From positions 160,001-224,000 of the forward strand of contig CAWGAA010000002.1 of NCBI GenBank assembly GCA_963820525.1: a stretch of DNA of 64,000 nucleotides. Reading direction: 5' to 3'. How positions within the stretch are numbered: position 1 is the first letter of the stretch; each line of letters opens with the position of its first letter. The position numbers were made by a program, and so were the translations under genes. The notes below the pieces were generated by a model. The model made no database searches and had not been told where the DNA came from. It worked only from the letters and a program-made list of their open reading frames with translations. Positions 20,808-31,406 of this stretch are shown piece by piece. The DNA comes from an uncultured Spirochaetota bacterium. Lineage in GTDB: Bacteria; Spirochaetota; Spirochaetia; SZUA-6; Fen-1364.

Positions 20808-22055
20808 ATGGGAAGCCGATCCCGCATTCGCCCCCTTCTTTTCGCGGCGGCCTGTTGTGTTCTGGCCTCATGCGGCCTGTTGTCCGAGCCGTCGGTGAGG
20901 CTGCTCACCGATCGCCCCGAGCTCGCCGCATACGTCGAGCGCTACAATGTGCGGCAGGGCGATTTCCGGGTGGAGGTCCAATACCGGGAACAACCCGGCC
21001 AGGCGGTACTGGATGGGGAGCAGGCCGACGTCGTTGTCGGAGAATGGCTGGCATCGCCCCAGCTCCTGGACCGCTTCGAATCCACGGCGGACATTGTAAA
21101 GCCGGGCAGGATAGAGCCGTCGTGGTTTTATGCCGGGCTTTTGTCCATGGGTTCCAAGGACAACAGACCCGTTCTCATCCCCCTTTCCTTCGACCTTCCC
21201 GCGGTTGCCTTTTGCCAATCCAGCGTTCCGGACGATCTTCCCTCAATGTTCATGCCGCTGGAGCTGATGCGCTCGATGAGCCCGGGCTTCAATAGCACGG
21301 CGAAGAACGGCTCCGCCTCTTCCCTGGGTTTTTCCCCCCTGTGGAACCTCGACTTCCTTATCCTGAGCTCGAAGCTCCTCGGAGCCCGCTTCCATGCCGG
21401 CCGGGGGGGCCTGCCCGCCTGGGACACGGACGGGCTGGCGCGGACCCTCGATTACCTGCGGGCCTGGATCACGAGCGCGAACGGCGGGAAAGACAGGGAC
21501 AAGGCCTTCGCCGACAAGAACCTCGTTCAACCCTACTACAAGCTCCTTACGGCCAAGAAGACCCTCTTCACGCTCACGCGATTCACGGATTATTTCGCCC
21601 TGCCTGAGGACAAGAGAAAAGACCTCGATTATCGCTGGATGTCCAGCAATGGCGTCATCCCGGTGGAAGACGATGTCCTGTTCGCCGGGGTGCTCCGCTC
21701 TGCGCGCAACAAGAGGGGAGCCAAGGCATTCCTGGAATGGTTTTTCACCCTCCAGAACCAGAGGAGCTTCCTCGAGGTGGCCCAATCGCTGCGCATCGGC
21801 GTATTCGGCGTCACCGACGGTTTTTCATCCTTCAAAATCATCAACGAAAAGGACATGGCCCAGAAGTATCCAATTCTCCTCGGCCATGTACCCCTGGAAA
21901 GCCTGCTCGAGTTTCCCGACACCCTGCCGGACAATTGGGTGAAGGTCAGGGACGAGGTGATCCTGCCGTGGATCTCACGGGCGACGGTGGGGGACGATAC
22001 CGCGGATCTTTCCACGCGAATCGACGAATGGCATGCAGCGGCAATGAAGAAATAA
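20808..22055 (+). CDS. lipoprotein, extracellular solute-binding-like
   Basis: lipobox LASC; AKAFLEW; upstream of an ABC ATPase. Confidence 0.7.
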   Translation: MGSRSRIRPLLFAAACCVLASCGLLSEPSVRLLTDRPELAAYVERYNVRQGDFRVEVQYREQPGQAVLDGEQADVVVGEWLASPQLLDRFESTADIVKPGRIEPSWFYAGLLSMGSKDNRPVLIPLSFDLPAVAFCQSSVPDDLPSMFMPLELMRSMSPGFNSTAKNGSASSLGFSPLWNLDFLILSSKLLGARFHAGRGGLPAWDTDGLARTLDYLRAWITSANGGKDRDKAFADKNLVQPYYKLLTAKKTLFTLTRFTDYFALPEDKRKDLDYRWMSSNGVIPVEDDVLFAGVLRSARNKRGAKAFLEWFFTLQNQRSFLEVAQSLRIGVFGVTDGFSSFKIINEKDMAQKYPILLGHVPLESLLEFPDTLPDNWVKVRDEVILPWISRATVGDDTADLSTRIDEWHAAAMKK

Positions 22056-22127
22056 TCGAGAGAGGCGAAACTGAAGCCGCGGGAAGCCTTCCGCAGGCCC
22101 GCTCTGCCCGCTCGACTTCCGGTAATG

Positions 22128-22156
22128 TTGACATCACATCGGTTATGCTCTATGAT
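22128..22156 (+). promoter_or_regulatory. sigma70 promoter of the MalK-like ATPase
   Basis: TTGACA-17nt-TATGAT. Confidence 0.7.
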
Positions 22157-22189
22157 GGACGCATAAGATAATCACCCCGGGAGGTACCA

Positions 22190-23283
<1,094 letters not shown>

Positions 23284-23304
23284 AGATTCTCATCTTCTCA
23301 CGCG

Positions 23305-23344
23305 AAACAAAAAGGCCGGTGGAAACGCCGGTCTTTTTGTTTCC
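23305..23344. terminator. intrinsic terminator, probably bidirectional
   Basis: AAACAAAAAGGCCGG-TGGAAACG-CCGGTCTTTTTGTTT. Confidence 0.75.
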
Positions 23345-23387
23345 TTGAAGCGGCACCGCCGTTTCGCTATACTCTTTGCGGAAACCT

Positions 23388-25199
23388 ATGGCAGTTCCCG
23401 CCGCAACCGTGAACCAGCGCTCCCGCATCGTCGAGAACCTTCACTCCCTCGTGGAGAGAACGGAAAAGGCCTACATCCGTATGGGCCAGATGCTGCCCGA
23501 CATGATGAAGGAACTGGACCGCGGCTTCGGAGAGGCGAGGACGCTGGTGGGCTATTTCACCGGCCAGCACATCCAGGACCGGTCTGCCTCAAACGCCGAA
23601 CAGGGCATGGTGGGCACCGTGCTGGAGGACGCCCGGTCCGTGATCGCCGATGCGACCTTCTTCTTTTCCGGCATGCAGGAAGCCGACCAGGTGAGCTTCC
23701 AGTCGATCAACGACGGGATCCAGAACCTCTCCCTGCTCGACGAGAAGCTGAAGGCCATCCGGGAAGACTCCATGGAGATGGAGCTGATATCCCTCAATGC
23801 CATGACCGTGGCGCTGAAGGCCGGCCAGGCCGGGCGCGCCTTCTCCGTCATCACGGAGGAGCTGAAGGCGCTGTCCGGCGATACGATCGGGTATACGGAA
23901 AAGCTCACGGCCGAGGGCAGGAAGATCCTCGAGCTGTTCTTCCAGTACCGCCGGGACGTGGAGAAGATCCAGAGCTTCCAGGAGAGCTTCTACGCGGGGT
24001 TTCGCGCGAAGCTCGAGGGCAGCTTCGAGAACTTCCGCCTCGGCGTGGGAAAGATGGCGGAGATCCTCCTGCAGGTGATCGACGGGGCCGGCAACACCAG
24101 AAAGCCGCTCGTTCTGATCATGGAGGAGATCCAGTCCCAGGACATCATCAGGCAGTCGATCCAGCACGTGGTGCTCTCCCTTTCAGCCGACGCCGACGCG
24201 AGCCTCCTCGATTCGGATCCCCAGAAAGCCGACGAGCTTTTGGACGAGCTCGCGTTTCTGGCGATGCTGCCGGATCTTTCCGGCAGCCTTCTGAAGGACG
24301 TGGAGGCGAACATCTCCCGCGGCGTCAGCGTCTTCCGCGAAAACCTCGGCGAGCTTCGCACGCTGCTGGAAAGCGCCGAGCAGGAGAAGCGGATATTCGT
24401 GGAATACTTCGACTCCGGAGAGAACGCGCTCGCGAAGATGTTCGAGGAGTCCATCGAGGGGATGAGCGGCCTCTTGGAGAGCGTCGAAAAATCGATGGCG
24501 GAGAAGGGGAAGCTGGGCCCCGAGGGCGGGAGGATCCTCGAGGAGCTGAAGGACCTCCAGGAGAGCTTCGAGGATTTCGTCTCCTTCGCCGACCGCTTCC
24601 GGACCGTTGACATTGCGGCGCGTATCGAGCTTGCCAAGCAGGAGGTGCTGCGCTCGAAGCGCAGCACGATGGGCAGCCTCACGGGGCTGGCATCACGGAT
24701 CGGCGGGGACGTGAAGGCGGCTCTCGATACGATCCTGGTGACCATCGAGCGCATAGAGACGACCATCAGGCGCTTCGCCGTGGAGGTGGAGAGGGGCGCG
24801 GTGCGCGTGGGCTCCCTCGTCGTCGCCATCCGCGGCGTGTACGCGCGGCTCACCGAAGCCAAGGATTTCCTCTCTCATACGATGCGGGAGTTTTCCCTGT
24901 ATACCAGCCGGTTCTTCACGCTGATCGACGAGCTGGAGGGAGAAGTGGAGGCCCTGGCGGCCCTGGAGGTCCCGATGGCGGAAACGGTGGGCGAGCTCAC
25001 CGAGCTTCGCGCCCAGCTTCTGGCGCGAAAGGAGGCGGCCCTCGCCGCGCGCGGCCTTACCTCCTGGACAATCAGAGACAGCAGGCTGAAGGAGATGATC
25101 GAAAAGTTCACAATCCTCACTCACAAGAAGACCGCGGCCGAGCTCGGGGGGTTCACCATCGAAGACGGCGGGAAGCCGGGCGAGCTCACGCTGTTCTGA
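23388..25199 (+). CDS. soluble methyl-accepting chemotaxis-like protein
   Basis: signalling-tip homologue ELISLNAMTVALKAGQAGRAFSVITEELKALS; IQSQDIIRQSIQHV; no transmembrane segment; C-terminal GELTLF. Confidence 0.8.
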   Translation: MAVPAATVNQRSRIVENLHSLVERTEKAYIRMGQMLPDMMKELDRGFGEARTLVGYFTGQHIQDRSASNAEQGMVGTVLEDARSVIADATFFFSGMQEADQVSFQSINDGIQNLSLLDEKLKAIREDSMEMELISLNAMTVALKAGQAGRAFSVITEELKALSGDTIGYTEKLTAEGRKILELFFQYRRDVEKIQSFQESFYAGFRAKLEGSFENFRLGVGKMAEILLQVIDGAGNTRKPLVLIMEEIQSQDIIRQSIQHVVLSLSADADASLLDSDPQKADELLDELAFLAMLPDLSGSLLKDVEANISRGVSVFRENLGELRTLLESAEQEKRIFVEYFDSGENALAKMFEESIEGMSGLLESVEKSMAEKGKLGPEGGRILEELKDLQESFEDFVSFADRFRTVDIAARIELAKQEVLRSKRSTMGSLTGLASRIGGDVKAALDTILVTIERIETTIRRFAVEVERGAVRVGSLVVAIRGVYARLTEAKDFLSHTMREFSLYTSRFFTLIDELEGEVEALAALEVPMAETVGELTELRAQLLARKEAALAARGLTSWTIRDSRLKEMIEKFTILTHKKTAAELGGFTIEDGGKPGELTLF

Positions 25200-25213
25200 A
25201 GCAAGGGGGGACA

Positions 25214-25594
25214 ATGGGAGGGAAAGTCATCTTCATCGTCGACGATTCATCGACGCTGCGCGCGTCCGTCGAGTTCACGCTCACCGAAGCCGGATACACC
25301 GTGGTCCAGGCCGAGGACGGCGCCGCTGCCCTCGCCGCCCTGAAGGAATTCGACGGCAAGGAGAGCGAGGTCGGGATGATCATCACCGATATCAATATGC
25401 CCGCCATGGACGGCATCACCTTCATCAAGGAGGTCAAGAAGACCGCCTTCAAGTTCGTGCCCATTCTCGTGCTCACGACGGAGAGCCAGGAATCGAAAAA
25501 GATGGAGGGCAAGGAAGCCGGCGCGTCCGGCTGGCTGGTGAAGCCCTTCAAGCCCGAGCAGCTCACGGGGGTGGTTTCGAAGTTCCTCCCGTAG
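25214..25594 (+). CDS. cheY: single-domain response regulator, CheY-like
   Basis: IVDDS, ITDINMPAMDG, VLTTES, WLVKPF. Confidence 0.88.
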   Translation: MGGKVIFIVDDSSTLRASVEFTLTEAGYTVVQAEDGAAALAALKEFDGKESEVGMIITDINMPAMDGITFIKEVKKTAFKFVPILVLTTESQESKKMEGKEAGASGWLVKPFKPEQLTGVVSKFLP

Positions 25595-25603
25595 GAAGCT
25601 TCG

Positions 25604-25752
25604 ATGCACGTCGCATTCAATCCGAAACACAACCTGGAGGTGGTCGAGATCTACCCGGGGGAGTGGCATGCCACCAGGGCTTCTTGCATCATCTCCACCG
25701 TTCTCGGCTCCTGCGTCTCCGTGGCGCTGCACGACTCCGCCGTCGGGGTGGC
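25604..25752 (+). pseudogene. cheD: N-terminal fragment of the chemoreceptor deamidase CheD
   Basis: IYPGEW...ISTVLGSCVSVALHD; similarity ends after about 49 codons. Confidence 0.7.
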
Positions 25753-25847
25753 CGAGGCTGTTCTTCACGTCGGATGCCCACGTACTCCTCAAGCGCATCT
25801 CCGTTCGGGAGGAGGCGCCCCTCGAGAAAGAGGAGGAAGAGTATCTC

Positions 25848-27017
25848 TTACCCCTGCGCGCGCAGGAGAAAAGGGGGGGATCGTCCTTTTTTAGGGCCCG
25901 AGTCCTTGAAGAAATCGTCACTCCCGCCCTGGGGCTCATCGAAGGCGCCCGTGGGAACGGTTCCGTTGTTGCGCAGCGCGTAGAGCTTGGCCACGTAGCG
26001 GACGGTGGCCATGGCGCGCTCGAGATCCTTCTTGTCCTTCTCCATTCCCGCGAAGAAGTCGTCCGTCGTGACTCCCGTCCTGATGAAGCCCTTTCCATAG
26101 CCCTGGTCGTTGTAGGCCTTGAGCTCCAAGAGACGGTAGTAGACGCGCTCGAAGCGGAAGAGGGTCTTTCGAAGCTTGAACAACAGCCCGATGATCTCCT
26201 TCTTCTCCTTCATCACTTCCAGCCTGCCGCCCACCTGGCCCTTCTTGTCTTCCTGGACCCACTTGTTAAGGACCGCCTTGTTCTTCATCAGCGCTCCATA
26301 GTCTAGGAGGAACTGCATGGTCATCGAGTCGTAGAGCTTGGCATAGTTGGTGATTGCCTGCAGGGCATTGGCCTTCAAGGCCTCGATGCGCTCGGCCAGC
26401 CAGTTGGCGCGGAAGGTCTCCAGATCCGACACCGCGATGGGCACCTTCCGAAGCGCCTCCCCTTCCTGCTTTTCGATCGCGGTCCCGGGGGCGGCGGAGA
26501 TGTTCCTGCCATCCTCGTCGGTGCAGACCACCTCTCCCTCGTCGCAGGTGACCAGGATGTCCCCCGAAGGCGGAGCGGTGACGGTGAACTGGGTTCCGCG
26601 GACTCCCATGGCGGTGGATTCCGTGCGTACCTTGACGTCCTGCGCTCCGGTGAGCTTGGAGACCTTCAGCGAAAGGGAGCCCGTGATGAGGTTCACCGAG
26701 CTCTGCTGTTTGGAGCCGATCCGAGAGAGCTCGAAGCTGAACTTGGTGTTCGCCGACAGCTTCACCGTCATGGAGGCTGCCTTGGGGGATGTCATGCGGA
26801 CTTCCGCAAGGCCGTCGGCGCCGGTGGAGAGCAGGTCGAAGTTCTCGATGCCCATTCCAACCTGGACGTCCGAAGGTGAAAGCTCGTCACCGTTCCTCAT
26901 CACCGACACATCGCCCTCGAGATAGGCCGTTTCTCCGATCCGGTCTCCCGCCGCCAGGGAAGCCGTGCCCACGAGGACGATGAGAGCGAACGCGAAAATC
27001 CCCTCACGTGCCTTCAT
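25848..27017 (-). CDS. exported FecR-domain protein
   Basis: signal peptide, YLEGDV, TESTAMGVRGTQF, CDEGEV. Confidence 0.8.
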   Translation of the reverse strand: MKAREGIFAFALIVLVGTASLAAGDRIGETAYLEGDVSVMRNGDELSPSDVQVGMGIENFDLLSTGADGLAEVRMTSPKAASMTVKLSANTKFSFELSRIGSKQQSSVNLITGSLSLKVSKLTGAQDVKVRTESTAMGVRGTQFTVTAPPSGDILVTCDEGEVVCTDEDGRNISAAPGTAIEKQEGEALRKVPIAVSDLETFRANWLAERIEALKANALQAITNYAKLYDSMTMQFLLDYGALMKNKAVLNKWVQEDKKGQVGGRLEVMKEKKEIIGLLFKLRKTLFRFERVYYRLLELKAYNDQGYGKGFIRTGVTTDDFFAGMEKDKKDLERAMATVRYVAKLYALRNNGTVPTGAFDEPQGGSDDFFKDSGPKKGRSPPFLLRAQG

Positions 27018-27130
27018 AATCTTACTCCTCGAGCCTTCTCTGGGATGCTTATCTCGAAGTATATCATCCCGGCCGGCGATTTACACGCCCGCTACGGGGG
27101 GCTTCAGAAAAGCTTCAGTCTCCGGACGGA

Positions 27131-28291
27131 TCAGAACACGGCGAAGATCTGCCAGGACCCGTCTTCCTCCGTGAAGTAGTACCTCTGGTAGGTCGTCCAG
27201 AAGGGGACGGTATCCGAGAGGTCCACCTTCGCCTTCACGTTGAGGGCGTACACGGGGCCCTGTATCTCGTCCACGAACTCCTTGCTGGGCTCCACGAAAA
27301 TGCTGGCCGAATCGACGACGTCGGAAAGGGTGAGAGAGCCGAAATCGGTGCTCTCGAAGTACCCCTGGAAGGTGGTTTGGAGCTCGTCCCGCGAAACCGT
27401 CTGGCGCATGCGAATGACCCGCACGTTCTGCGCGATGTATGCAAGGGTTGCGTCGATGTCCTTCCTGAGGAACGCGCTCACGCAGTCGCCGAAGGCCTGC
27501 TGGATCTGCTTGTCTGGAGCCAGGGGGGTCTCGCTGGGAGCGGCGGCCGGGGCGGAAGCGGGCAAGGGCTGCGGCCTCCAATCCATCGGCGGGGAGTTCG
27601 GGCCGATGGCGAAGATATACCAGCTTGCCCCGAGCTTATGCGCCCAGAACTGCTGGCTCTCCTCCCAGAAGCTCATCTGCTGGGAGAAGTCCATCCGGGC
27701 GTCGACGCGCAGGGTGGAGGTCTGTCCCCACTGTTTCTGTGCCTGATCGGGGGCCTTCGCTATGGCAATGGAGTCCAGGTTATAGAGGGCGCCCGGATCC
27801 ACCCCCGCCAGGGGAACCGTGGAGAAAAAGTCCCTCAGGGCCGCCTCGGCGTCCGCCCGGCTCACATCCGCCTGGAGAGCGTCGATGTAGACGGATCCGT
27901 CGAGGAACGCGGTCACCTCAGCCGGATCCCGATCGAGGAACGCTCCCAGGAGCCTGAGGAAGAACGAGCGCGGGAGAAGCCCGGGCTTTTCCGCGGCCTC
28001 GGGCGGGGCGAGCATGCCTGCCCTGCCCTGGGCAAGCAGCTCCTCGGCCGATGGCTGCTGCGGTTCCGTGATCTCGGATGGGGCGAGCTGCGGGTAGATC
28101 ATGACGGCGAGCTCCTTGTATTCCCTGCCCAGCTCAGTTTTTCCTACTTTCGCGTACTGGGCGCCCGCCAGGTAGCAGGCCTCGGCGAGGGACTTCCGCT
28201 GCGTTTCGCTGAAATCTTTGTAGAATTGCGACCATGCGATTCCCGCAACCAGCGGGAGTATGAGGATGGAGAGCACGAACTTATTTCTCAT
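27131..28291 (-). CDS. exported hypothetical protein with two similar (NTF2/SnoaL-like) domains
   Basis: RBS AGGAGG, signal peptide; internal duplication (AFL.RD...VSR...FF...SW.IFA). Confidence 0.7.
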   Translation of the reverse strand: MRNKFVLSILILPLVAGIAWSQFYKDFSETQRKSLAEACYLAGAQYAKVGKTELGREYKELAVMIYPQLAPSEITEPQQPSAEELLAQGRAGMLAPPEAAEKPGLLPRSFFLRLLGAFLDRDPAEVTAFLDGSVYIDALQADVSRADAEAALRDFFSTVPLAGVDPGALYNLDSIAIAKAPDQAQKQWGQTSTLRVDARMDFSQQMSFWEESQQFWAHKLGASWYIFAIGPNSPPMDWRPQPLPASAPAAAPSETPLAPDKQIQQAFGDCVSAFLRKDIDATLAYIAQNVRVIRMRQTVSRDELQTTFQGYFESTDFGSLTLSDVVDSASIFVEPSKEFVDEIQGPVYALNVKAKVDLSDTVPFWTTYQRYYFTEEDGSWQIFAVF

Positions 28292-28408
28292 ACGGCGCCT
28301 CCTAGCGAGCGTTCTGCGGCAACTATACCAAACATTTCGTCGAGTTGACAACCCAATGCGCACCTGCTACTATTCCCGAAGGAATCCGAGTTGAGGGAGG
28401 ATGATAGA

Positions 28409-30004
28409 ATGTCCAAGCTCGTCACGCTTGCCCTCGTAGCCGGTCTTTCGCTTTTTCTCCTCGGCTGCCCTTCCACGCCAAAACCGCCGGAGCAGACGGC
28501 GGCGACCCCCGTGTTCAACCCCGTGGGCGGAACGTTCACCCAGGAGGTGTCGGTGGAGGTCACGACCCAGACCGAGGGGGCCGAGATCCGCTATACCCTT
28601 GACGGGAGCGACCCTTCGTCCACGAATGGCACGCTGTACTCGGGACCCGTGAAGATCAGCGAGACGACCACTCTCGCCGCCATCGCGGTCAAGACGGGCT
28701 TCAAGGACTCGGAGATCGCCAAGGCCACCTACACGATCTCCCCACCTGCGGCCGTCACTCCTCCGCCCGCGGAAGTCTCCCCGATTACGGACGCAGAGAT
28801 CTCCGCCGTGCGCGATGCAATCGCCCGCGCCAAGGAGGCGGATGCCGACTACTACGACCCCGACACGATCGAGCAGGCGAGGCAGTTGTTGAACGACGGC
28901 CTGGCCGCGCGCACCTCGGATCCCGCCAAGGCCAGGGAAGACCTGACGGCGGCAAAGGAAAGGGCGGACCTCGCTTTCCAGAACTCCGTGGAGAAGGCCG
29001 TCGTGGACCTGAGCAACCGCATGGAAGCGTTGAAGGAGATGCTCGTCGAGCAGCAGGCCGACAAGTTCCTCCCGGATGAATACAACAAGGCCGTTGCCGG
29101 CATAGACGAGGCAAAGGCCCTGTACGACAGCGGAGACCTGGCCGGGGCCAGGGCCCGCGCCTATGCGGCCCTCAAGGATATGGCGGACCTCTCTTCCCAT
29201 CTGCAAAACAGGCTCGCCTGGATCAAGATACTGAAGAGGGATACGGAGGATTATCTCCAGCAGGCGGAGGCGGCGGACGCGAACCAGTGGGCGCCCGACC
29301 AGAAGAACAAGGCCAACTCCCTCTACCTGCAGGGCATGGAGGCCTTCCAGGCCTACAGGCTCGATGACGCCGAGGAGAGCTACGGCGCCGCGCGGGAAGC
29401 TGCCAAGGACGCCGTAAACATGGCGCGGGAGAATAAAAGCGCAGCCACGGCAGAGCTGAAGAAGAAAACGGAGGCGCTGAGGCTCCAGACGATGAAGGCC
29501 CTCGAGGACGCCTCCTCCCTTACCGTCGTCACCGAGGACGGGACTGTCATCAAGCCGCAGAAATGGTCCGGCGAAGATCTGCTGAAGCAGCAGCAGGAAC
29601 AGCAGCAGCAGGACCAATCCCCAGGGGACCAGTCGATGGCGGTTCCCGGCGGCGCCGACACCGTTGTCCTGGCCGACGAATCCCAGGAGAACCTCCTCAC
29701 TCAGGCCAAGGAGCTGTGGAAGCTGGGCCTGGAGGAGGAAGCGAAGGGCAACTACGCCAAGGCGCAGGAGTACTACCAGGAAGCGCAGCGCTACGTCGAT
29801 GTCTACAAGAGCTTCGCCGTCAAGGGAGTCTACACGGTGCGCCTGATCCCCGAGAGGCGCGATTGTCTCTGGAGGATCTCCGAGTACGATTTCATCTATG
29901 GCAACCCCCGGCTGTGGCCGAAGATCTGGCGGCGCAACAGGAAGCTCATCCAGAACCCCGACCTGATCTATCCGGGGTGGCTGCTCGTCATCCCGCCCCA
30001 GTAA
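28409..30004 (+). CDS. lipoprotein with an Fn3-like/chitobiase C-terminal domain, helical repeats and a C-terminal LysM-like domain
   Basis: lipobox LLGC; IRYTLDGSDP; DCLWRISE...WPKIW..N...IQNPDLIYPG. Confidence 0.85.
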   Translation: MSKLVTLALVAGLSLFLLGCPSTPKPPEQTAATPVFNPVGGTFTQEVSVEVTTQTEGAEIRYTLDGSDPSSTNGTLYSGPVKISETTTLAAIAVKTGFKDSEIAKATYTISPPAAVTPPPAEVSPITDAEISAVRDAIARAKEADADYYDPDTIEQARQLLNDGLAARTSDPAKAREDLTAAKERADLAFQNSVEKAVVDLSNRMEALKEMLVEQQADKFLPDEYNKAVAGIDEAKALYDSGDLAGARARAYAALKDMADLSSHLQNRLAWIKILKRDTEDYLQQAEAADANQWAPDQKNKANSLYLQGMEAFQAYRLDDAEESYGAAREAAKDAVNMARENKSAATAELKKKTEALRLQTMKALEDASSLTVVTEDGTVIKPQKWSGEDLLKQQQEQQQQDQSPGDQSMAVPGGADTVVLADESQENLLTQAKELWKLGLEEEAKGNYAKAQEYYQEAQRYVDVYKSFAVKGVYTVRLIPERRDCLWRISEYDFIYGNPRLWPKIWRRNRKLIQNPDLIYPGWLLVIPPQ

Positions 30005-31361
30005 CGGGGCCGGAGGAGTAGCGGGAAATTCTCTCCACGAGCTCCCGTTTGAGCTTTTCCAGCTCCTTGTCCGAAGCGGCCTCGACGACGAGGCGGAGCA
30101 GCGGCTCCGTGTTTGATTTTCTCACGTTGAACCACCAGGTGGGGAAATCGATCCTGACTCCGTCGATGTCGGTGAGGGTCCCCGTCGAATAATCCCCGCT
30201 GATCCGCTGCACGATCTCGGCCGCATTGGGGACGGTGAAGTTCATCTCCCCGGAGAAAAAGTACTTCTTGACCGACCGCATGAGCCGGGACATCGGCACC
30301 CGCCGGTGACAGAGCACCGCGAGCACGATCAGCGCCGCGATCATGCCCGAGTCGCAGAAGAAGTTCTCCCGGAAGTAGTAGTGCCCGGCGAGCTCCCCGC
30401 CGAAGATCCCCCCCGTATCCCGCAGGAGCTTTTTCGCGTGGGAGTGTCCCACCTTGCAGATGCGCGGCTCGGCCCCGAGGGCGGCGAGATGCTCCACGAC
30501 GGAGCGCGAGGAACGCACGTCGTAGCTCACCACCGGGGAGGCGCCGGCGAGCCTCCCACGGTGGAGCCGGAAGTAGTAGTCCCCGATGAGACAGATGATG
30601 AGGTCGGGCGAGATGAAGGCCCCCCGTTCGTCGACAAACATCACCCTGTCCGCGTCCCCGTCGAAGCAGATCCCCAGCGACGCCTTCTCCGAGACGACCC
30701 TCGCCTTCAGGGCGGCGAGGTTCGCCTCGACCAGCGGGTTGGGCGAGTGGTTGGGGAAGCGGCCGTCGGGCTCATCGAAGATCGTGACGAAGTGCGCCGG
30801 GAGGCGGGAGAGAACGTCGTGCAGGTACACGCCCGCCGTGCCGTTGGAGCAGTCGATGACGGCGGACACATCGGAGATCCCGCCGGAAAAGCGGGCGAGG
30901 TGAGCGATGTAGCCGGCCCGGATGTCGAGGTTCGTGAGGCCGCCCCGCAGGACGGTGCGGCTTTCGATGGAGCCTGAAGCGACGAGCTTCTCCAGCTTCT
31001 CGAGGCCCGTGTCGTAGCCCACGGGGATGGCCTGCCGCGCCGAAACCTTCAGGCCGTTGTACTGGGGCGGGTTATGGGAGGCCGTGATCATGACCCCGCC
31101 GTCGAACCCATAGGAGGCGGTGGCGAAATAGACCGCCGGGGTGTCGCACAAGCCGATGTCGATGACCCCCGCCCCCGCGTCGCGCAGCCCCGAGCTGAGG
31201 GCATCGAAGATTTCCGCGGAGGAGAGCCGCGCGTCCCTTCCCACGACGATCTCGCGGGCCTCAAGCAGTCCGGGGAGGGCGCGGCCGATCGCATACACCG
31301 TCTGCCGGTCCCATTCGCTGCCGTACACGCCTCGAATGTCGTATGATTTGAAGATGCTCAT
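29988..31361 (-). CDS. phosphomannomutase/phosphoglucomutase
   Basis: FKSYDIRG, ITASHNP, FDGDADR, GGELAGH, RKSNTEP. Confidence 0.93.
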   Translation of the reverse strand: MSIFKSYDIRGVYGSEWDRQTVYAIGRALPGLLEAREIVVGRDARLSSAEIFDALSSGLRDAGAGVIDIGLCDTPAVYFATASYGFDGGVMITASHNPPQYNGLKVSARQAIPVGYDTGLEKLEKLVASGSIESRTVLRGGLTNLDIRAGYIAHLARFSGGISDVSAVIDCSNGTAGVYLHDVLSRLPAHFVTIFDEPDGRFPNHSPNPLVEANLAALKARVVSEKASLGICFDGDADRVMFVDERGAFISPDLIICLIGDYYFRLHRGRLAGASPVVSYDVRSSRSVVEHLAALGAEPRICKVGHSHAKKLLRDTGGIFGGELAGHYYFRENFFCDSGMIAALIVLAVLCHRRVPMSRLMRSVKKYFFSGEMNFTVPNAAEIVQRISGDYSTGTLTDIDGVRIDFPTWWFNVRKSNTEPLLRLVVEAASDKELEKLKRELVERISRYSSGPVTGAG

Positions 31362-31406
31362 CTCGCTGCCTTCCCGGAGCCCGCCGCCGGGGCCGCGCCC
31401 GGCGCT

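Noticed and set aside
29580..29615. CAG-rich run as a contingency repeat
   Set aside because: It is an in-frame, imperfect poly-Gln linker inside an intact lipoprotein gene.
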